Position numbers and translations under genes: made by a program
Shown here: positions 19,802 to 29,312 of the stretch, piece by piece
Position numbering within the stretch: the first letter of the stretch is position 1
Layout of the letters: each line of letters begins with the position of its first letter
Notes under the pieces: generated by a model
Seen by the model: the letters and a program-made list of their open reading frames with translations, nothing else
Database searches by the model: none
Told to the model about the DNA's origin: nothing
Virus record (IMG/VR): IMGVR_UViG_3300034272_001354
Coordinates: 1 to 64,000 of that record
DNA from: a virus
Reading direction: 5' to 3' (one strand)
Length of the DNA stretch: 64,000 nt

Positions 19802-20950
19802 ATGAAAAGAGAAACAATACAACTGTTCAAAGTTTTTATGTCTGAAAACGCAGCACCTGAAGTTGCCAAAGTATTAAACAGTGGATATATTGGTCAAGGT
19901 GAAAAGGTTGAACAATTTGAATCTAAATTACAAGATTTCTTTATGAAAGATTACATTGTAACATTAAACTCCGGTACTAGCGGACTTCATTTAGCTTTAG
20001 ATTTATTAAAAAAATCTTCAGGTAAATGGCCAGGATTAGAAGATGGTGATGAGGTATTAGCAACATCATTAACGTGTACAGCGTCAAATTTTCCAATTTT
20101 AGCAAACAATTTAAATATTAAATGGGTAGATGTTGACCCAACAACATTAAATATGGATTTAGATGACTTGTCAAGAAAAATAAGTCCAAAAACCAAAGCC
20201 ATTATGTTAGTACACTGGGGTGGTTATCCAAATGATTTAGATAGAATTAAAGAAATTCAAAATAAATGTTTTGAGTTATATGGGTTTAAACCGGCGGTTA
20301 TTGAAGATGGTGCTCACTCATTTGGTTCTAAATATAAAGGCAAATATATTGGTAACCATGGTAATATGACTATGTATAGTTTACAAGCTATTAAACATAT
20401 CACATCCATTGATGGTGGTTTATTATTATTACCTCACCAAGAATTATATGATAGAGCGAAATTATTAAGATGGTACGGTATCGACAGAAATTCAAACAGA
20501 AAAGATTTTAGATGTGAGGCGGATATTCAAGAGTGGGGTTTTAAATTTCATATGAATGATGTTTGTGCAACAGTTGGTATGGAAAATTTAAAACACGCAG
20601 AGGAAATTGTTGGTAGACATCAATCTAACGCAAAATTTTATGATGAAAATCTACAAAATATTCCGGGATTAACAACATTAACTAGACATGAGGGTCATGA
20701 ATCAGCATTTTGGATTTATAGTATGTTAGTTGAAAATAGAGACGGTTTTTATAAACACATGAAAGATTGTGGTATTGTAGTTTCTCAAGTTCACGAAAGA
20801 AATGATAAACACACTTGTGTTTCTGATTATAAATCATCATTACCTACTTTAGATAGAATTATTGGGAAAGTTGTTTCAATACCTGTTGGATGGTGGGTTA
20901 CAGATGAAGATAGACAATACATTGTTGATTGTATTAAAAAAGGTTGGTAA
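19802..20950 (+). CDS. DegT/DnrJ/EryC1/StrS PLP-dependent sugar aminotransferase
   Basis: NSGTSGLHLAL, VHWGG, EDGAHSFG, SLQAIKHIT (PLP Lys). Confidence 0.92.
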   Translation: MKRETIQLFKVFMSENAAPEVAKVLNSGYIGQGEKVEQFESKLQDFFMKDYIVTLNSGTSGLHLALDLLKKSSGKWPGLEDGDEVLATSLTCTASNFPILANNLNIKWVDVDPTTLNMDLDDLSRKISPKTKAIMLVHWGGYPNDLDRIKEIQNKCFELYGFKPAVIEDGAHSFGSKYKGKYIGNHGNMTMYSLQAIKHITSIDGGLLLLPHQELYDRAKLLRWYGIDRNSNRKDFRCEADIQEWGFKFHMNDVCATVGMENLKHAEEIVGRHQSNAKFYDENLQNIPGLTTLTRHEGHESAFWIYSMLVENRDGFYKHMKDCGIVVSQVHERNDKHTCVSDYKSSLPTLDRIIGKVVSIPVGWWVTDEDRQYIVDCIKKGW

Positions 20951-20951
20951 T

Positions 20952-21899
20952 ATGATTAATTCAGAACAAAGAAATCTTTTGAATGAAATGATTTTGGATT
21001 TAAATAACTCCAAAATTTCAGAATATAAACCTAGTAGTGTGTGTTGGGAAAGTTTATCAAACCAATTTGAGATATTTTTCAATGAAATTGGTATTAATAA
21101 TGTTCAAAACCAAATAAGGTATAATAATTTATTTTCTTTTATACATGATATTCCAGGATTGTCATTTCAGTCTGCTGTATGGAGTTACTATAGTTATTTG
21201 AAATTAAAAGATAAGTACAATATATTAACTCTAACAACCGCTTTACCATCAGGTAATTCTAATTTAGATTATAACCCATCTGAAAAAATAGATGGTAGAC
21301 CTAAAGATAGAGAAAATAAATTAATTAATTGGGATTATTTAATTTCTTTAGATACGATTATGACTATCTTGGAATGTAATCCTGATTTATTAAACAAACC
21401 TGTAACTATTTGTGAAGTAGGTGCTGGATGGGGTCGAGTAGGTTATTATTTAACACAAATTAATAATAAAATATCTTATAACATATTTGATATCCCGCAC
21501 ACTTTATTAATATCGTCTGATTATTTGTATAATAATGTTAAACACATTAAAGTATTTAAGTATTTAGAAACTAAACAAAATAATTTTACAACCAAAAAAT
21601 TACTGTTAAAAAATCCGGGTATAAATTTTTATACACCAAATAAGTTAGAAGATTTTGAAGATAAGTGTTTTGATTTATTTATTAACATAGCGTCATTTCA
21701 AGAAATGAATATTGAACAAGTGACAAATTATTATAAAAAAATTAATCAGTTGTCAGATAATTTTTATAATCAACAAAGATATAAAGATTTAGATATGGAA
21801 TATAATAAATATCCATTGTACGATAACTGGAAAAAGGTGTTTGATAAAGACATAAACTTTCACCCATTATGGTTTGAGCAATATTTTAAAATAAGTTAA
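20952..21899 (+). CDS. Putative sugar O-methyltransferase (SAM-dependent)
   Basis: CEVGAGWGR motif I, FDIP, DLFINIASFQEM; ATG at 20952. Confidence 0.75.
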   Translation: MINSEQRNLLNEMILDLNNSKISEYKPSSVCWESLSNQFEIFFNEIGINNVQNQIRYNNLFSFIHDIPGLSFQSAVWSYYSYLKLKDKYNILTLTTALPSGNSNLDYNPSEKIDGRPKDRENKLINWDYLISLDTIMTILECNPDLLNKPVTICEVGAGWGRVGYYLTQINNKISYNIFDIPHTLLISSDYLYNNVKHIKVFKYLETKQNNFTTKKLLLKNPGINFYTPNKLEDFEDKCFDLFINIASFQEMNIEQVTNYYKKINQLSDNFYNQQRYKDLDMEYNKYPLYDNWKKVFDKDINFHPLWFEQYFKIS

Positions 21900-21903
21900 A
21901 AAA

Positions 21904-22605
21904 ATGTTTGATTACATTGTTTGTTTTTATTTTGGAGAAAGAAGAGTTAGAACAACCAATTCATTATTATTATCTGATAGATATTTTTTTGTTAAAAAAC
22001 ATTTAGATTTTATAAAAAATAATGAAACAGTTTTAAACGACATTAATAACGTAATTTTAGTTATTAATAATTCAAATGATGACGATTTAAAATCCGTTAC
22101 AAATATTAAAAATGAATATCCCTTCTCAGATAAAATTATTATCATAGGAAGGGATAATTCAAATTATTCTTATGGTGGGTGGAATGAATCATTAATTCAT
22201 CAAATAAATTTAAATACCCCATCGTTACACGCATTTCTTTGTGAAGATGATTACATACCTTGTAATGATAATTTTCATAAAAAATTTATAGAATTTTTTA
22301 ATTCCGATGTTATATATGTTTGTCAATTATTTATGAATAATCATGCGGCAATTTCAAATGGTTTCATAACTTATAACATAATAAAAGATTATTATAATAA
22401 TACCAAAGAATTATTTGTGCTCACTAATAGTTATGATTATAGAAGTGCCGAAATTAACCAAGTTAACTTTTTAAATAATTTTAAAAATTTAAAGTGTGTT
22501 GACATCAGTGAAAAATATTGTTCAAAATTTTTAGATTTCAATAATAGTATTGTTGTTTATGGGAATAAAACCGGTGAAGAATTAATAAAACCAATTTTAG
22601 AATAA
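21904..22605 (+). CDS. Putative GT-A glycosyltransferase-like protein
   Basis: RDNSNYSYGGW and FLCEDDY (DxD-like) inside the glycan cluster. Confidence 0.55.
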   Translation: MFDYIVCFYFGERRVRTTNSLLLSDRYFFVKKHLDFIKNNETVLNDINNVILVINNSNDDDLKSVTNIKNEYPFSDKIIIIGRDNSNYSYGGWNESLIHQINLNTPSLHAFLCEDDYIPCNDNFHKKFIEFFNSDVIYVCQLFMNNHAAISNGFITYNIIKDYYNNTKELFVLTNSYDYRSAEINQVNFLNNFKNLKCVDISEKYCSKFLDFNNSIVVYGNKTGEELIKPILE

Positions 22606-23087
22606 TGATAAAATTTAAAAAATTAGAAGAAGACGACTTACAATTCTTAAACGATGTAAGAAACGAATATTGCGAAGAATTTTTACATGATAGTAGACAA
22701 TTCACATTAGAAGAAACCAAACAATGGTTCCATAAATATAATCCGGACTTTTACATTATTACGTTAGACGATGAAAGAATTGGGTATTTTAGACTATCCA
22801 ACTATTCTGATGTGAATAAAAATATTTACATTGGTGCCGACATTTCACCAAAATTTAAAGGTAAAGGTTTGGGTAAATTATCTTATGAAAAATTTATACC
22901 TTTTTTGTTTGAAACCTATAATTTGAATAAAATAAGTTTAGAAGTATTGTCTAATAACATAATTGCTTTAAATTTATATAATAAACTTGGGTTTGTAACC
23001 GAAGGTGTTAAACGTCAAGAAGTTTATAAAAATAATCAATGGGTTGATTCCATTATTATGTCAATATTAAAAAATGAATATGAATAA
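22605..23087 (+). CDS. GNAT N-acetyltransferase (PseH/RimJ-like)
   Basis: FKGKGLG, LEVLSNN..ALNLYNKLGF..EG. Confidence 0.88.
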   Translation: MIKFKKLEEDDLQFLNDVRNEYCEEFLHDSRQFTLEETKQWFHKYNPDFYIITLDDERIGYFRLSNYSDVNKNIYIGADISPKFKGKGLGKLSYEKFIPFLFETYNLNKISLEVLSNNIIALNLYNKLGFVTEGVKRQEVYKNNQWVDSIIMSILKNEYE

Positions 23088-23811
23088 TTTAAAATTTGAA
23101 CTTATTATAGCTTACTATAAAAGACCTAAAATTGTTTTAAATGCTTTAGAATCTATATTAAAATCCACATATGACAATTGGCATCTAACATTTGTTGATG
23201 ATTCCGGTGACGATTCTTTTAAAGAGACCTTTTTAAATTATGGTTTTGATTCTTCTAAAATAACATATTCCCCAATATTAATGTCTGATGACGAAAAAAA
23301 TAATATAGGAGGTTCAATATTTGGTAAGTACGTTAACGACGCTATCCAAAATACCGATGCCGATATTATTATATTAATATGTGATGATGACGCAATATTT
23401 CCTGATTATATGGAAAATCTTAATAAATTTTATACTAAAAATCCTGATAAAATGTGGGGGTATTGTCATGTTGAATTTTATAACCCTGAAATTGAACATT
23501 ATACCCAATCAACCAAAACTAACGGAGACTCATCTTTAGGATTTTCAGATTTAAATGCTTTAACAATCCCAATAATGCCAGTTAATAAAATTGATAGTTC
23601 TCAAATTTCTTTTAGAAAAACCGCATTTACTGATGGTAATGTTTGGTATCCACATCCGTATACCGTAAGTTTAGATGCCCACGTTTTTCGTAATATGTTT
23701 AAGGTTTGGGGATTATGTGAGTTCACAAATTGTTATGGACAATATAAAGGTTGGTTCGCAAATCAATTAGGGGTTAGAGTTAGAAAAAAAATAGGTACAT
23801 TTATAAAATAA
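23080..23811 (+). CDS. GT2-family glycosyltransferase, paralog 1
   Basis: IIAYYKRP, VDDSG, ICDDD. Confidence 0.8.
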   Translation: MNNLKFELIIAYYKRPKIVLNALESILKSTYDNWHLTFVDDSGDDSFKETFLNYGFDSSKITYSPILMSDDEKNNIGGSIFGKYVNDAIQNTDADIIILICDDDAIFPDYMENLNKFYTKNPDKMWGYCHVEFYNPEIEHYTQSTKTNGDSSLGFSDLNALTIPIMPVNKIDSSQISFRKTAFTDGNVWYPHPYTVSLDAHVFRNMFKVWGLCEFTNCYGQYKGWFANQLGVRVRKKIGTFIK

Positions 23812-23823
23812 TAAAAAATAAAT

Positions 23824-24555
23824 ATGAATAATTTAAAATTTGAACTAATAATCGCTTATTATAAAAGACCCAAAATTGTCTTAAACGCGTTAGAATCTAT
23901 ATTAAAATCTACATATGATAATTGGCATTTAACATTCGTTGATGATTCCGGTGACGATTCTTTTAAAGAAACTTTTATAAACTACGGGTTTACACCTTCT
24001 AAAATAACATACTCACCAATATTAATGTCAGATGATGAGAAAATTAAAATAGGTGGGTCAATATTTGGAAAGTACGTTAACGACGCAATACAAACCACAG
24101 ATGCTGATATCATTATACTAATATGTGATGACGACGCATTGTTTCCGGATTGTATGGAAAACCTTAATAAATTTTATACCGAAAACCCTGATAAAATGTG
24201 GGGGTATTCTCATGTTAAATTCTTCAATCCCGAAAAACAACATTATTCAGAATCAACCGATGTACCAAGCGATAGAACATTTAACACATCAAATTTAAAT
24301 GATTACACATCACCAATTCAACCATCGTGTAGAGTTGATAGTTCTCAAGTATCTTTTAGAAAAAACGCTTTTACACAAACAAATTTATGGTACCCTTATC
24401 CACATACAAAAGATTTAGATAGAAATGTTTTTGAAAAATTATATAAAAAAATAGGACTATGTCATTTTACTAACTGCTACGGACAATATAAAGGTTGGTT
24501 TGCAAATCAATTAGGTGTTAGAGCACGAACAGGTAAAGGAGATTTTATTAACTAA
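23824..24555 (+). CDS. GT2-family glycosyltransferase, paralog 2
   Basis: N-terminal half nearly identical to 23080..23811. Confidence 0.8.
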   Translation: MNNLKFELIIAYYKRPKIVLNALESILKSTYDNWHLTFVDDSGDDSFKETFINYGFTPSKITYSPILMSDDEKIKIGGSIFGKYVNDAIQTTDADIIILICDDDALFPDCMENLNKFYTENPDKMWGYSHVKFFNPEKQHYSESTDVPSDRTFNTSNLNDYTSPIQPSCRVDSSQVSFRKNAFTQTNLWYPYPHTKDLDRNVFEKLYKKIGLCHFTNCYGQYKGWFANQLGVRARTGKGDFIN

Positions 24556-24573
24556 ACAACTAAAATAATTTAA

Positions 24574-25320
24574 ATGGCTACATACAGCAAATCAAAGAAC
24601 GCTAAACCTACCCCTACTCCGGAAACTACAAGTAAACCGGTTAATAAGAAAGAATTAATTAACCAAATTATTAAAAGAAAAACTAAAGAAAAGTTTTTAA
24701 CCAACAATCAAAAAAAATATTATGATACTTTAATTGACAGTGAAATCACTGTTTGTTCCGGACCTGCGGGTGTTGGTAAAAGTTATATTACAATGAAAGC
24801 CGCGATTGACTTACTCGCTGACCCTGAAACACCATATGAAAAAATTATTATTGTTAGACCCGCTGTTGAAGCTGAAGAAAAATTAGGTTCACTACCAGGT
24901 AATGTTGAAGAAAAATTAGACCCATACATTTTCCCATCATATTATTTATTAAATAAAATTATTGGGAAAGAATCTAGAGAAAAATTAAAAGAAATCGATG
25001 TTATTGAAGTATTTGCCTTGGCATTTATGAGAGGTATGAACATTGATAATTCTATTTTAATTTTTGAAGAGGGTCAAAATGCCACCCCAAGTCAAATGAA
25101 ATTACTTTTAACTAGAATTGGGTTTAACAGTAAATTCTTTATATCCGGTGATGTAGAACAATCAGACAAATATAAAAATAAAACTCATAGTGGTTTATGG
25201 GACGCAATTGAAAAATTTAGAGATAGTGAATATATATCAATTTTTGAATTTAAAGATAAAAAAGATATCGTTAGAAATCCGTTGATTAGTAGAATATTAG
25301 ACAAGTACGAAGAAAACTAA
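24574..25320 (+). CDS. phoH: PhoH-family ATPase
   Basis: GPAGVGKS, RPAVEAEEKLGSLPG, FMRG, GDVEQSD, IVRNPLI. Confidence 0.92.
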   Translation: MATYSKSKNAKPTPTPETTSKPVNKKELINQIIKRKTKEKFLTNNQKKYYDTLIDSEITVCSGPAGVGKSYITMKAAIDLLADPETPYEKIIIVRPAVEAEEKLGSLPGNVEEKLDPYIFPSYYLLNKIIGKESREKLKEIDVIEVFALAFMRGMNIDNSILIFEEGQNATPSQMKLLLTRIGFNSKFFISGDVEQSDKYKNKTHSGLWDAIEKFRDSEYISIFEFKDKKDIVRNPLISRILDKYEEN

Positions 25321-25399
25321 TTTTAATATATTTTATTATAAAAGATAGGTAAACACAATTTAGTTTACTTATCTTTTTTTTTATATAACTTTTGTTGAT

Positions 25400-26002
25400 A
25401 TGAGAATTGGTATAGAAATTAATGGAGTGTTAAGAGATACTTTAGGAAAAATTGAACAAACTTATCAGAAATTTTTAATCGATAAAACTGATGGTATTGA
25501 AGACGACGAGTCATTTGAATATAAAATGACCTACCCGATAAATAGTTTAACATTAAACGACCATTTTTCATTTCCGGATGATGATGAATTATATTCATTT
25601 TTATATGAAGAATTTGCTATGGAAATTTTTGGTCACGCACAATCCTCAGAATATAATACATTTATTGATTTAAACGAAATTTATATATCTTTAAGAGATA
25701 ATCACGATTTATTAATTGTTTCGGATGAAATAGGAAAATCAAAACCCGCATCATTATTCTTTTTATCAAAATTTGGATGTCAATTAGAAAAAGTAAAATT
25801 TTATAGTAATTCAACAATTAATTCAATGTGGGATGAATTAGATATTTTACTTACATCCAATCCAGCCTTATTATTGGATTATCCGTCAGATAAAATATTA
25901 ATAAAATATGAAACGGATTATAATGAGAATATTACCACAATCCATTCTATAAAATCTATAAAAGAATTGGATGATAAATTAAAACAAATTTTAGAATGTT
26001 AA
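25400..26002 (+). CDS. HAD-like (5'(3')-deoxyribonucleotidase-related) protein with degenerate motif I
   Basis: MRIGIEINGVLRD resembles IGIDxDGVL; YN near the C-terminus. Confidence 0.55.
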   Translation: MRIGIEINGVLRDTLGKIEQTYQKFLIDKTDGIEDDESFEYKMTYPINSLTLNDHFSFPDDDELYSFLYEEFAMEIFGHAQSSEYNTFIDLNEIYISLRDNHDLLIVSDEIGKSKPASLFFLSKFGCQLEKVKFYSNSTINSMWDELDILLTSNPALLLDYPSDKILIKYETDYNENITTIHSIKSIKELDDKLKQILEC

Positions 26003-26274
26003 AAGTATTAGGAGAAAACTATTATGTAGATTTGGATAAAATTGACGATTATGTTCAAATAAAAGCAAAAAAAACCGTCACGTCAGGTGACACTGAAGGG
26101 ACTACCATAAGTATAATTAAATACGAAACAATTAAATTAATGTTAGAGATAGTTATGGATGAACCTGAAGAAATTGATGAGCAATTAGGGGCTAAAGGTA
26201 CTAACAACTTATCAATCCCATTTAAACTAGCGTTTAATACTCTATTGTATAAAAAATTAATAAATAAAATATAA
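25996..26274 (+). CDS. Hypothetical protein
   Basis: 92-aa ORF in operon. Confidence 0.7.
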   Translation: MLKVLGENYYVDLDKIDDYVQIKAKKTVTSGDTEGTTISIIKYETIKLMLEIVMDEPEEIDEQLGAKGTNNLSIPFKLAFNTLLYKKLINKI

Positions 26275-26279
26275 TAAAC

Positions 26280-27341
26280 ATGACACAAGAACAAATTACA
26301 AAATTAGAACAGTCGATTCAAAACATGAAAGATAAAAAGTCAAGGATTTATCTTTTAGTTCAAGACACTAAAGGTAATGCAAAAGCTTCAGTCGCTTACA
26401 TATACGAGTTAGGTATGGCATTATTAAAAAATGGATACAACCCAATTATCTTACACGAAACACCTGATTATACTGGAGTTGGTGAATGGTTAGGTGAGGA
26501 TTATATGACATTACCACATAAAACAATTGAAGGCCAAAATTTAGAAATTGCACCTGAAGATTTAATTGTTATCCCTGAATTATACGGGTTTGTGATGAGT
26601 CAAATTTCAAAATTACCTTGTGGTAAAATTGTATTGTCTCAAGCCCATGACCATATCTTGGAAACATTACAACCAGGCCAGACATGGTCACAATTAGGGT
26701 TTTATAAATGTATAACAACTTCTGAAGCTCAAAAAGAATATATCGAGAATATTATGAGAGGTATTTCGATAGATGTTTTAAAACCATTTATTTCTGATAA
26801 ATTTAAACCACATACTTTACCATCAAAACCTATTATTGCAATTCATGCTAGAGAACAAAGAGAAGCCCTTAACATGATTAAAAGTTTTTACATTAAATTT
26901 CCTCAATACAGATGGATAACTTTTAGAGACATGAGAGGACTATCTATTGATGAGTTTGCAAGTGCTATGAAAGATTGTTTCTTATCTGTTTGGATTGATG
27001 AAACAAGCTCTTATGGTACATTCCCATTGGAATCTATGAAATGTAAAATACCTGTAGTTGGTTTAGTACCAAATTTAGTTCCTGAATGGATGAATGAAGA
27101 CAATGGTGTTTGGGTTAACAATAAAATCCAAATGGTTGATTTTGTCGCGGACTTTTTACAAAATTGGTTGGAAGACAGTATTAATGAAAATTTAGAAACT
27201 GAAATTATTAAAACTGCAGAAAATTTAAGTACTAAAGAAGATTTTGAAAAAATTTCATTAAACTTATTTGAAGGATATCTAACTAAAAGATTGGAATCAT
27301 TTGAAGAACAATTAAATAAACTACAAACAATAGAAGAATAA
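26280..27341 (+). CDS. Glycosyltransferase-like, GT-B fold
   Basis: DLIVIPE, SSYGTFPLESMKCKIPVVG. Confidence 0.7.
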   Translation: MTQEQITKLEQSIQNMKDKKSRIYLLVQDTKGNAKASVAYIYELGMALLKNGYNPIILHETPDYTGVGEWLGEDYMTLPHKTIEGQNLEIAPEDLIVIPELYGFVMSQISKLPCGKIVLSQAHDHILETLQPGQTWSQLGFYKCITTSEAQKEYIENIMRGISIDVLKPFISDKFKPHTLPSKPIIAIHAREQREALNMIKSFYIKFPQYRWITFRDMRGLSIDEFASAMKDCFLSVWIDETSSYGTFPLESMKCKIPVVGLVPNLVPEWMNEDNGVWVNNKIQMVDFVADFLQNWLEDSINENLETEIIKTAENLSTKEDFEKISLNLFEGYLTKRLESFEEQLNKLQTIEE

Positions 27342-27342
27342 T

Positions 27343-28149
27343 ATGGAAAATTACTTTGACGTATCAGTTATATTACCGATTAAATCGGCAACCGCACCAT
27401 TTTTTGAAGATTACTTTAAGAAATGTATTGAATCATTAAATAATCAAAAATTAAAAATTAATGAATTAGTTATTGTTCACACAAATGAAATACCTTTAGT
27501 TGAACTTTTAAAAGATTACGATTTTGGTGACTTAAATGTAGTTAAATTAGAATGGGAAAAAGAACCTAATTACGCGGCACAAGTTAATCACGGTGTTAGA
27601 AATTCAAAATCTGAATGGGTTTCATTATTTGAATTTGATGATGAATATTCTAACATATGGTTTAAGAATGTTGACATCTACTCAAAAGCATACCCTAATA
27701 TGGATGCGTTTTTACCAATCGTTGTTGATACAGACCAACAAGGTAAATTTGCCGGGTTTACTAATGAAGCAACTTTCGCGGCAAACTTTACTCCGGAAAT
27801 GGGTGTATTAACTCACGATACTTTATTAGATTATCAAAACTTCCAATCATCAGGAATGGTAATCAAAAAATCAAAATTTGTTGATTATGGATTAATCAAA
27901 CCTTCGTTTAAATTAACGTTTGGGTATGAATTATTTTTACGATTAACACATAATTCAATTAACATTATGTCTATCCCAAGAATTGGTTATAAACATACTA
28001 ATTTAAGAGATGGGTCAATCTTTTGGAATTACAAAAATGGTAGAGATGTCTTAACTCCGGAAGAAGTTAAATTTTGGATTGAGTCCGCAAAAAAAGAATA
28101 TTTTTTCATTAATGACAGAGCGATAAAATTTGAATCTCAAGAAGTTTAA
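27343..28149 (+). CDS. GT2-family glycosyltransferase
   Basis: VSVILPI, NHGV...EWVSLFEFDDEY, YELFLRL. Confidence 0.8.
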   Translation: MENYFDVSVILPIKSATAPFFEDYFKKCIESLNNQKLKINELVIVHTNEIPLVELLKDYDFGDLNVVKLEWEKEPNYAAQVNHGVRNSKSEWVSLFEFDDEYSNIWFKNVDIYSKAYPNMDAFLPIVVDTDQQGKFAGFTNEATFAANFTPEMGVLTHDTLLDYQNFQSSGMVIKKSKFVDYGLIKPSFKLTFGYELFLRLTHNSINIMSIPRIGYKHTNLRDGSIFWNYKNGRDVLTPEEVKFWIESAKKEYFFINDRAIKFESQEV

Positions 28150-28898
28150 TGACTGAAAATATTAATTTAACAGGGGATACAAATGTTGAGTTAAAAAAGA
28201 AAGGTAGAAAACCAACCCAATTAAATTATTTTGATGTCCGAGAAGAAATGGCGGTAATAAGATTTTTAGAGTCCACGTCTTACGAAGAAAAAAATAAAAT
28301 ATACAATGAGTTTTTAAAAAAACCTTTAGACAAAATGATATCTTCAATCATACGAAGATACAAATTATATAGAAAAGACATGGATTTCACTGATATACAT
28401 GTAGATACTCACTCGTTTTTAATGACAAAGATAGATAAGTTTAAACCTTCTAGAGAAAAGAAGGCTTATTCTTATTTTGGTACAATATGTAAAAACTATT
28501 TAATGGGTCAAATCATTAAAGACCAAAAAGAAACAAATAGAAAAATATCTTATGAAGATATTTCAACTAATTTGGAGAATAATGAAAATTTTTCCTATTA
28601 CATAGAAAATGACGGACTAGATTCTGAAAAAGTAATTAAACACTTTTTAATTGAATTAGACAGATTCATTAAAGAAGAAAATTTATCAGAAAATGAAATT
28701 AAATTAGGACACGCACTTTACGACATTTTTGAAAATTATGACTCGATATTTATTGGTAACGATAATAACAAGTTTAATAAAAATATTATTTTATTGTCTT
28801 TAAGAGAAATGACCAATCTTTCAACTAAAGAAATTAGGGGTTCAATGAGAAAATACAAAAATATGTATTACTCATTGATTCAACAGATGGTTAATTAA
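28149..28898 (+). CDS. Phage sigma factor, T4 gp55-like (late transcription)
   Basis: KIDKFKPSREKKAYSYFGTICKNYL resembles sigma region 2.3-2.4 of the gp55 family; N-terminal NYF. Confidence 0.7.
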   Translation: MTENINLTGDTNVELKKKGRKPTQLNYFDVREEMAVIRFLESTSYEEKNKIYNEFLKKPLDKMISSIIRRYKLYRKDMDFTDIHVDTHSFLMTKIDKFKPSREKKAYSYFGTICKNYLMGQIIKDQKETNRKISYEDISTNLENNENFSYYIENDGLDSEKVIKHFLIELDRFIKEENLSENEIKLGHALYDIFENYDSIFIGNDNNKFNKNIILLSLREMTNLSTKEIRGSMRKYKNMYYSLIQQMVN

Positions 28899-28925
28899 AA
28901 AATAATAAATTAAATATTTATAATT

Positions 28926-29306
28926 ATGGCAAGACCGACAAAAAAAGAAATTAATTTAAGTAAAGAATCAATGTTATCATTGATGCAGGAAATCTACAAT
29001 GAACTTGTGGAACAAAGAAGTACTGCTATTAGAATTCAAAACAAAATGTTAACAATGATGAAAGGTCCTGAAGATATGACTTTAATTGGTCCGGTGATTG
29101 AAAAACAACAAAAAATTATTAATGATTGTGTTGAAAAAAAATTAACCCTATCTAAACTACAATCAAGTATGTGGGAAAAAACAAACAACAATGATGATGG
29201 TGGAGGATTTTCTATTACTGATTTAGGAGTTGACGACGCAATGCTTAAAACTTTAATTGAGAAAGACGCGTCTAAATCAGAGGGTTCTTATAAAATGAAA
29301 AAATAA
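28926..29306 (+). CDS. Hypothetical helical protein
   Basis: 126-aa ORF after TATTTAT. Confidence 0.7.
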   Translation: MARPTKKEINLSKESMLSLMQEIYNELVEQRSTAIRIQNKMLTMMKGPEDMTLIGPVIEKQQKIINDCVEKKLTLSKLQSSMWEKTNNNDDGGGFSITDLGVDDAMLKTLIEKDASKSEGSYKMKK

Positions 29307-29312
29307 TTTGTT

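Noticed and set aside
23080-24555. Diversity-generating retroelement TR/VR pair
   Set aside because: Both copies are full genes, the differences are not adenine-specific and no reverse transcriptase is present
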